DNA from: Octopus sinensis
Taxonomy: Eukaryota
NCBI RefSeq assembly: GCF_006345805.1
Contig: NW_021829107.1
Location: forward strand, 1-6,994
Length of the DNA: 6,994 nucleotides
Reading direction: 5' to 3'
The position numbers were made by a program, and so were the translations under genes. This document shows positions 1 through 6,469 of the stretch, one piece after another (position 1 is the first letter of the stretch; each line of letters starts with the position of its first letter). Under the pieces are notes generated by a model. That model had not been told where the DNA came from and ran no database searches. It saw nothing but the letters and a program-made list of their open reading frames with translations.

Positions 1-173
1 ACACACATCATCATACAACCTCAAAATACACACTTCACTGTGCAGCATCCACGTATATACGAATACCAACAACACCGACATCGACATCACAACTATATTC
101 ACAATCGCCATAAACACCATCACAACTACAACCACTTAAGCTACGACCACACCACCAGCACAAAACCACAAGT
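1..173. repeat. Degenerate C/A-rich low-complexity tract (ACC/ACA/CAT-type)
   Basis: Almost no G on the + strand; recurring cac/acc/caa triplets. Confidence 0.8.
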
Positions 174-302
174 ATTCTTTTCTATTCTAGGTACAAGGCC
201 CGAAATTTTGGGGAGGGCGCCAGTCGATTAGATCGACCCCAGTACGCAACAAGTATTTAATTTATCGACTCTCAAAGGCCGAAAGGCAAAGTCGACCTCG
301 GC

Positions 303-315
303 GGAATTTGAACTC
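303..315 (-). promoter_or_regulatory. Second B box (duplicated monomer, no own A box)
   Basis: Identical gagttcaaattcc on the minus strand within the 225-339 duplicate. Confidence 0.65.
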
Positions 316-485
316 AGAACGCAAAGACAGACGAAATACCTATTTCTTTACTAACCACAAGGGGCTAAACACGGAGAGGACAAACAGGACAGACAAACGG
401 ATTAAGGCGATTATATCGACCCCAGTGCGTAACTGGCACTTATTTAATCGACCTCGAAAGGATGAAAGGCAAAGTCGAACTCGGC

Positions 486-498
486 GGAATTTGAACTC
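486..498 (-). promoter_or_regulatory. RNA Pol III B box of the SINE (first monomer)
   Basis: Minus strand gagttcaaattcc matches GTTCRANNC and lies ~50 nt downstream of the A box. Confidence 0.75.
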
Positions 499-545
499 AG
501 AACGTAACGGCAGACGAAATACGGCTACGCATTTCGCCCGGCGTG

Positions 546-560
546 CTAACGTTTCTGCCA
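546..560 (-). promoter_or_regulatory. RNA Pol III internal promoter A box of the SINE
   Basis: Minus strand tggcagaaacgttag, about 10 nt from the SINE 5' end; resembles the TRGCNNARY(N)G pattern. Confidence 0.65.
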
Positions 561-573
561 GCTCGCTGCCTTA

Positions 574-696
574 ATGCCACCAATATCACCACCACCAGTA
601 CCATTACCGCCACAACCACTTTCACCACTGCCTCCACCATCACCACTTTTTAGCACTTACATTAACACTACCACCACTATCACCACCGCCGCCGCC
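574..696. repeat. Degenerate (ACC)n/(CCA)n trinucleotide tract
   Basis: Repeated accacc/ccacca triplets ending in gccgccgcc. Confidence 0.85.
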
Positions 697-794
697 AATA
701 CACTGTGGGGTTTCCATCTTCGATCTTGCCTCCATTTCTCGCTGAAACTAATTTCATCGAGTTGAATTCCTTCGCCATTTCGGCATCTAGTCGT

Positions 795-870
795 GGGGGG
801 TGGAGGTGGTGGTGGTGGTGGTGGTTGTAGTATTAGTAGTAGCAGTAGTTGTTTTTGTTGCTGTTGCAGC
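795..870. repeat. (GGT)7 followed by degenerate (AGT)/(GTT)/(GCT) triplets
   Basis: Perfect (GGT)7 at 805-825, then tagtagtagcagtagttg. Confidence 0.9.
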
Positions 871-902
871 AATACCAAAGTACAGTATCTTTGTCACGAC
901 AT

Positions 903-1007
903 TCCACTACCCACACTGTTGCCACCACAACCGCAATCACCAACAACATTACTACTATTACCACCACTAATACAACTCATACTACTATTACTACTTCCGC
1001 TACCTCC

Positions 1008-1057
<50 letters not shown>

Positions 1058-1190
1058 CTACAACTACTACTACTGCTGCTCCTGCTCCTGCTACTACTAC
1101 TACTACTACTACTACTACTATACTACTACTACTACCACTACTATTACTACTAAGATTAGCAATAACTACTACAGCTACTACAACATGCAC
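903..1190. repeat. Compound (ACC)/(ACT) trinucleotide microsatellite
   Basis: Perfect (CTA)12 at 1021-1056 and (CTA)10 at 1091-1120, embedded in degenerate triplets. Confidence 0.95.
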
Positions 1191-1228
1191 AAGAATTCCA
1201 CACCCAGCATGGAGCCTGTACATGCTAG

Positions 1229-1390
1229 CACTATGTGCTAGAAAATGCAGCTAAGTTTTTTTCACAAATAGCTTTCCACTGAAAGGGAAGGACACTTTGG
1301 GCAATATCGACATTTGATTGCTAGAGTCTGCATTGAAAAAACGTTAGGGTCATCTTGATCCAGAATGACCTGGGGTTAAACAACAACACA
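1229..1390 (+). mobile_element. Probable diverged 3' fragment of an interspersed repeat with a (CAA)n-type tail
   Basis: Unique-complexity segment (tgctagaaa..gcagc.aa ... ggaaggacac ... tgacctggggttaaa) ending in caacaaca. It resembles a common octopus repeat from memory only. A weakly similar stretch is at ~2240-2295. Confidence 0.4.
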
Positions 1391-1440
1391 CCACACACGC
1401 ACAGAGACAAAGTCACACACATAAACATACACACACAATC

Positions 1441-1562
1441 ACTCTGTCTGTCTGTCTCTCTCTGTCTGTCTCTCTCTGTCTGTCTCTCTCTGTCAGTCTC
1501 TCTCTCTCTCTCTTTCTTTCTTTCTATGTATCTATCTATCTAGCTTTCTTTCTTTCTTTCTT

Positions 1563-1600
<38 letters not shown>

Positions 1601-1995
1601 TTTCTATCTATCAATCTGGCCCGCTCTCTCTCGCTACATCACATACTCTCCCGCCGCTCTCTCTCTCTCTCTCGTTCATACACTCTCACACTGTTTCTCA
1701 CGTTTTTTCTCATATTACCCCCTCTCTGTCTCTTACTTTCTCTCTCATTCTCCCTCCGTCTCTACTTGTTTCTGTGCTTGCCTCCCTCTCTATCCGTGTC
1801 TCCTTTCGTTCCAGCTCTCCCTTTTTCTCTCTTCCGTCTTCTCTCTACCTCACGCACCCTCGTCCTCTCTTTCTCTCAAACCCTCTATTCCTCTATCCCT
1901 CTCCCTCCCTCCTCTCTCTCTCTCTCTTCCTCTCCATCGTTCTCTTCATCTCCCTCTCATGTCTCTTGCCTCCTCTTTCTATTCCATTTTTCCCT
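1441..1995. repeat. Long polypyrimidine (CT/CTGT/CTTT/CTAT) low-complexity tract
   Basis: About 550 bp that is mostly C/T on the + strand; perfect (TC)14 at 1567-1594. Confidence 0.95.
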
Positions 1996-2380
1996 ACCCA
2001 AGAGACATCAACACAAAGTCTGCAATGTCACTTTAATTCCCATCTCAAAGACCTCATCAAATATTCACCACAAGCATCCTTCCTTCGCACGATGCTGAAT
2101 CACATCTCATCCCCTTGCTTTCACCTGTCTTCACCTGTCTCCGCATGCCTCCACCAAGAATACACCTGTCTCCACCTGTCAGCTAAGCTACATAATATCC
2201 GTAAAAATAAAAACGTGGAGCTCCACATGTGGTCACGCAACATGCTAAAAAGAATAGAGCAAATTTTTCTCGAGTCACACTCAAACTTCTTAAATATGCA
2301 AAGCCCATATTCGAATATGCTGAATGGAAGAACGCAGAAGAAACTGAAAAAAATGATGGTGGTACGTTGAAGTGGAGAGG

Positions 2381-2399
2381 ATATATATATATACATACT

Positions 2400-2445
<46 letters not shown>

Positions 2446-2467
2446 CATACATACATACATACATACA

Positions 2468-2503
<36 letters not shown>

Positions 2504-2506
2504 TAT
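2381..2506. repeat. Compound microsatellite (AT)n-(AC)12-(AT)10-(ACAT)n-(AT)n
   Basis: Read directly: (AC)12 at 2401-2424, (AT)10 at 2425-2444, then an ACAT array to ~2496. Confidence 0.97.
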
Positions 2507-2662
2507 GATTTGAAAACCCCACTAGAATGGGAGAAAGCGCTAATGATCTAAGTGATATGATATATATATAAAAAATGTAATATATAAATAAATATCTGTA
2601 AATATAAACCATCCGATCTTCTGAGTACCTCATTTCTCCTAATATATAACTATATATATATA

Positions 2663-2904
2663 CCCTTCTTCTTAGCTCTCCTGTGTGATCCCTTTGGCCG
2701 GTATTCGCCATGATAGATCGCTAGCCACTACACATTCTTTATTTTCTCTCCGTGTTTCTTTCTGTGTCCCTTTCTGTGGAAGAGCGTAGGCTCGAAACGT
2801 TAAAGAATTTTTTCACTTCCCGAGCGTTAAACTAATACATCTGCTTGTTGTCTACACCGCCAGTCTTCGTCTTTTGGGGTTTTTTTTTTTTTTCGAATTC
2901 TCCC
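2663..2904 (+). mobile_element. Truncated interspersed repeat, probably a Penelope-like retroelement terminal (pLTR-type) fragment
   Basis: Unique-complexity block bounded on both sides by (TA)n, carrying a minimal hammerhead-like motif of the kind typical of PLE termini. I recall similar sequence as an abundant octopus repeat (unverified). No RT or GIY-YIG coding sequence is visible. Confidence 0.55.
2770..2805 (+). ncRNA. Degenerate minimal type I hammerhead ribozyme-like motif
   Basis: CUUU | CUGUGGA | A | GAG-cguagg-CUC | GAAA-C-G-U-U | AAAG. This gives a 4 bp stem I, a 3 bp stem II with a 6-nt loop, and a loopless palindromic stem III. The core matches CUGANGA except that A6 is U. Confidence 0.55.
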
Positions 2905-2905
2905 T

Positions 2906-2910
<5 letters not shown>

Positions 2911-2962
<52 letters not shown>
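2911..2962. repeat. Perfect (TA)26 microsatellite
   Basis: Read directly. Confidence 0.98.
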
Positions 2963-2969
<7 letters not shown>

Positions 2970-3083
2970 AAATACATATATAATAAATATATAAATTTGA
3001 GTGTGTTTGTGTGTGTACGCGGAAGGGCGATTACGACTTCCCTATTAAAGGTATCAAAGAAAATCTTTATTTACACGCATACA

Positions 3084-3203
3084 AAATTCTGCCGAGGTCG
3101 ATTTTGTCTTTCATCCTTTCGGGGTTGATTAATTAAGTACCAGTAAAACACTGGGGGTCGTTGTTATTGACTTGTACTCTCCCCTAAAACTGCTGCCCTG
3201 GTG
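3084..3203 (+). mobile_element. 5'-truncated SINE copy, same superfamily as 174-571, opposite orientation
   Basis: 3084-3169 aligns to the reverse complement of 408-492 at roughly 80% identity by hand (about 15 mismatches and 1 gap in 86 nt). The tail ctcccctaaaactgctgccctggtg resembles the reverse complement of ~190-224. It starts inside the B box and lacks the A box. Confidence 0.9.
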
Positions 3204-3213
3204 GGAAAATGTG

Positions 3214-3268
3214 GTATATGGGTATACTTTGGTGTGTATAGTATATACACCAAAGTATACCCATATAC
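3214..3268. repeat. Near-perfect 55 bp palindrome (27 bp arms, 1-nt spacer)
   Basis: gtatatgggtatactttggtgtgtata-g-tatatacaccaaagtatacccatatac; 26/27 Watson-Crick pairs, and the exception is G3236-T3246. Confidence 0.97.
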
Positions 3269-3294
3269 ATATGCATACAGATGCACGTACACCT

Positions 3295-3399
3295 CCCATG
3301 TGTATGTATATATGTCTGTGTGTTTATGTATATACGTATTTATGTGCTTATGTATATATGTCTATATGTGTTTATGTATATATGTCTGTGTGTATGTGC

Positions 3400-3448
<49 letters not shown>

Positions 3449-3712
3449 CATACACCACACAATATAGGCATATGGAGATTTTATATTGTGTTCGTATAAA
3501 TATGCACCACACACAAATGCATACGAATATATGTATGTATTTATATGTATATATATATACACATACATATATATATACACTTATATATACACGTATATAT
3601 ACATATATATATGTATATATATATGTATATATATATTCATAGATAGGCACATATCTATTCATAGATATGTATATATATATATGTATATATATATATATTC
3701 ATAGATAGGCAC
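3295..3712. repeat. Degenerate (AT)/(GT)/(GTAT) low-complexity field
   Basis: Alternating purine-pyrimidine sequence with several (AT)n runs. Confidence 0.93.
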
Positions 3713-3912
3713 ATACATGCATACATACAGGCATACTTACGTAAATGCATACATACATACATGCATACATACATACATACATACATATATATACATACAT
3801 ACACACATACATGCATACATACATACATACATACATACACACACACACATACATACCTACATACATGCATACATACATACATACATACATACATACATAC
3901 ATACATACATAC
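3713..3912. repeat. (ATAC)n tetranucleotide microsatellite, interrupted
   Basis: About 200 bp of atac units with occasional atgc/acac variants. Confidence 0.97.
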
Positions 3913-3914
3913 GA

Positions 3915-3936
3915 ACGTACGTACGTACGTACGTAC
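3915..3936. repeat. (ACGT)5 self-complementary microsatellite
   Basis: acgtacgtacgtacgtacgtac abutting the (ATAC)n array. Confidence 0.95.
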
Positions 3937-4395
3937 CCCCCTCGAACTGCTATCCATCATCACATTACAACCCTCTTCTTCTCAAGCACAAACCATTTAT
4001 TACCCTGTATTTGTTTTGTTTTGTTTTGTTTGGGGTTTTTTTGTTGTTTTTTTTGCTAAAGCCAACTTTGACAAACAAGATGAATCAACATGGATATCAG
4101 TCAATCCAGCTGGATTATATGAACAATGTGTTGCTCTTATCTGTTTAATCCCACGTGCACGAGCGCTATCTATGCAGCGTCTGCGGGAAACACCAGAAAT
4201 TCCTCGAAACCTATAAACAACATGCAGGGAGATTTCCCCCTTTTCATTCTTAGATTCCATCGTCTCGTTCTTTACTATTTTTCTTCAACGATCTTATTTT
4301 TCTTTTCTCTTTTTTTTCTCTTCATATAAATATATATTTTATTTTTCTCTACCCTTCGTGCACTTCCCCACTGTACATATATATATATATATTTA

Positions 4396-4426
<31 letters not shown>

Positions 4427-4647
4427 GTGCATGTGTGTGTGTGTGTGTGTGTTAATTTTTCTCTATCTCTCTCTCTTATATTTTCTGCTATATGAACTCT
4501 ACGTTTTTATTCGTGTTTTACTGTTATTTTTTTTACTGTTTCCTTTTCTTTTTCTTTCCTTCTTTTGTTTCGCTTCTCCAACTCTTTCATCATGTTTGTT
4601 TCTCCTTTTTCCTTTCTTTCATCTATTTTTTATTATATTTATATTTC

Positions 4648-4677
4648 TTGTTGTTGTTGTTGTTGTTGTTGTTGTTG
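4648..4677. repeat. (TTG)10 microsatellite
   Basis: Read directly. Confidence 0.97.
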
Positions 4678-4725
4678 CTGTTGTTGCTCCCTGCTTGTTC
4701 TTTCCCCTTTTTTCTCCAGAACTAT

Positions 4726-4767
4726 TTCTTCTTCTTCTTCTTCTTCTTCTTCTTCTTCTTCTTCTTC
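4726..4767. repeat. (TTC)14 microsatellite followed by degenerate (TCC)n
   Basis: Read directly. Confidence 0.97.
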
Positions 4768-4836
4768 TCCACCTCCTCTTCCTCCCCCTCCTTTGTTTTC
4801 CTCCTCCCCCTCCTCTTCTTGTTTTACCATATTGAT

Positions 4837-4842
<6 letters not shown>

Positions 4843-4874
<32 letters not shown>
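4843..4874. repeat. (AT)16 microsatellite
   Basis: Read directly. Confidence 0.97.
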
Positions 4875-4877
<3 letters not shown>

Positions 4878-4976
4878 TCCCTGTCACTATTTTTCGTATT
4901 CGCTATTAATTTTCATTTCCATTGTTATAATAATACTTGTTGTTCTTGTTCATTCTGTTTGCTGCAGGTGGTGGTG

Positions 4977-5012
4977 CTGCTGCTGCTGCTACTGCTGCTG
5001 CTACTGCTGCTG
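4977..5012. repeat. Interrupted (CTG)12 microsatellite
   Basis: (CTG)4 CTA (CTG)3 CTA (CTG)3. Confidence 0.95.
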
Positions 5013-5121
5013 ATGACGTAATTGCTCACTCTTGCTGAAGTTTTGGTTCTTGTTGCTTTCGTTGTTGTTTTTTTTTTTTTTTGTCTGCTCCTGTCTACTT
5101 GTTTTCTTGTCTCTGCTAATC

Positions 5122-5181
5122 TGTGTGTGTATATATATACACATATATACATACATACATATGTTTAAAAGTGTGTGTATG

Positions 5182-5235
<54 letters not shown>

Positions 5236-5690
5236 ACGTGTGTGTGTATATATATATACATATACATACATATAAATATGTATATATAAATGTGTGTATG
5301 TTTATATATATATATATATATACATACATACATATATGTATGTATAATACATATATGCATATGTATGTATATATACAAATATATGTGTATATATATATAT
5401 ATGTGTGTGTGTATATATATATTTATATATGTAGGCATATATATATATATATTATATACGCCATATATTAATATATATATGTATATAGTATAATATAATA
5501 TTATACTACATTATAGTTTATGGTTAATATATATATATATGTTCCATGTATATAATGTATGTATGAATGTGTGCATATTTGTGTGTGTGTGTGTGTATGC
5601 GTGTGTTTGTGTGTGCGTGCTTGTGTTTGTGTGTGTGTGTGTATGTCTGTGTGTGTGCGTGTGTGTGTATGTGTCTTTGCATGTGTTTGT
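5122..5690. repeat. Degenerate (AT)/(GT)/(ATAC) dinucleotide field
   Basis: Alternating purine-pyrimidine runs; degenerate (GT)n at ~5579-5680. Confidence 0.93.
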
Positions 5691-5894
5691 AGCGGTGAAA
5701 GAATAGTTTTCAGTGAGTTTAAGATGTGTTTTTCCAACGTGTTATGCATTGGCGGTTAGTGTGAATAGAGCAAACAGTGCTGTTATGGTAATGTTAGATA
5801 GGGTTAGTATGTTATAGAGGCTGGAGGCAAATATCAAAGGAACAAAACTAGACGCTGGGTGCGTAGGGGTTGAGAGGGTGTCCTTGATGGCGGT

Positions 5895-6040
5895 CATGGT
5901 GGTCGTCGTAGTGGTAGTGGTAGTGGTAGTGGTGAGTAGTGGTCGTGGCCGACGCCGTTGTCTTTGCCATGGTGTCGGTGGTTATGGTGCTGATCGCCAT
6001 CGTCGTGTATCACAGATGATGGTGTTGTTGTTGTTGTTAA
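5895..6040. repeat. Degenerate (GGT)/(AGT)/(GTC)/(GTT) triplet tract
   Basis: gtagtggtagtgg repeats and a ttgttg run. Confidence 0.8.
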
Positions 6041-6235
6041 GCAACAAGACGGGTAAGGGGGATTAGGTGATGGTCAAGGGCTTAGGGGTGGGAGACCTCA
6101 GACCTTGGGGGGAAAAAAAACTTTGGTCGTCTTGCTGTAGTCGAGGGCTCGTCGTTGACGCCCGACACCACTGGAAGGGCGGCCTCGAAGTCGCTGGAAA
6201 TGGAGAGATCTCCACGTCCAAATTCCTGAATGGCT

Positions 6236-6417
6236 GATGATGGTGGTGAGAGTGCTGGTGTAGTTGTTGATGGTGATGGTGGTGGTGGTAGCTTATTGTA
6301 TTGTATTGGTGATGGTCACGCTAACGGTTGGTAGTGATGGTGTTGATGGCAGCGGCGGAGACAGTGGTAGTGACAACGGTGGTAGCGGCAACGGCGATGG
6401 TGGTGATGATGGCAGTG

Positions 6418-6469
<52 letters not shown>

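Larger units (their letters stand above)
225..522. repeat. 115 bp imperfect direct repeat inside the SINE (225-339 vs 408-522)
   Basis: Both copies run cgatta.atcgaccccagt...gaaaggcaaagtcga.ctcggcggaatttgaactcagaacg...cagacgaaatac and align without gaps by eye. Confidence 0.95.
174..571 (-). mobile_element. tRNA-derived SINE with internal duplication (dimer-like), octopus-type
   Basis: The minus strand starts aggcagcgagctggcagaaacgttagcacgcc (tRNA-like head with A box), followed by B box gagttcaaattcc and a central gcctttcatcctttcgaggtcgattaaataagtgccag block. That block resembles, from memory, the Meta/MESC SINE domain. The B box plus central block occurs twice. A related copy lies at 3084-3203. 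The family name was not verified and no clear TSD is visible. Confidence 0.85.

Noticed and set aside
225-522. Repeated gtcgac/atcgac hairpins and a 115 bp direct repeat that could suggest CRISPR or att-site arrays
   Set aside because: Only two long copies, no repeat-spacer periodicity and no cas or integrase genes; fully explained by the SINE.
486-571. tRNA gene
   Set aside because: A and B boxes are present, but I cannot fold a cloverleaf and the sequence continues into a SINE body.
1225-1241. 7 bp stem-loop CTAGCAC-tat-GTGCTAG
   Set aside because: Too short to exceed chance expectation.
793-1254. Overlapping 109-153 aa ORFs (poly-T, poly-L, poly-V/S)
   Set aside because: Stop-free frames of ACC/ACT triplet repeats; no domain or coding signal.
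1766-2513. ORFs 1766-2098, 1774-2370 and 2229-2513 (including HAKKNRANFSRVTLKLLKYAKPIFEYAEWKNAEE)
   Set aside because: They start or end in CT or AT/AC microsatellite. The protein-like stretch is short, has an in-frame stop just upstream, lacks clear splice sites and resembles no family I recognise.
2121-2711. 196 aa minus-strand ORF
   Set aside because: It crosses an element boundary and a compound microsatellite (YVCM repeats); a chance open frame.
3172-4216. Many YI/HT/YVCM-repeat ORFs
   Set aside because: Translations of (AT)n, (AC)n and (ATAC)n.
4639-4887. Minus-strand poly-E/poly-Q ORF resembling a transcription-factor low-complexity region
   Set aside because: A product of adjacent (TTC)14 and (TTG)10 microsatellites, starting in an (AT)n run.
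5010-5016. CTGATGA hammerhead core heptamer (also at ~6235)
   Set aside because: No downstream stem II plus GAAA; it arises from CTG/GAT triplet junctions.
4968-5017. Possible 50 bp + strand micro-exon (tgctgcAG ... gac/GTAATT) encoding GGAAAAATAAATAADD
   Set aside because: The content is a CTG microsatellite, the length is not a multiple of 3, and such splice-like motifs are frequent by chance.
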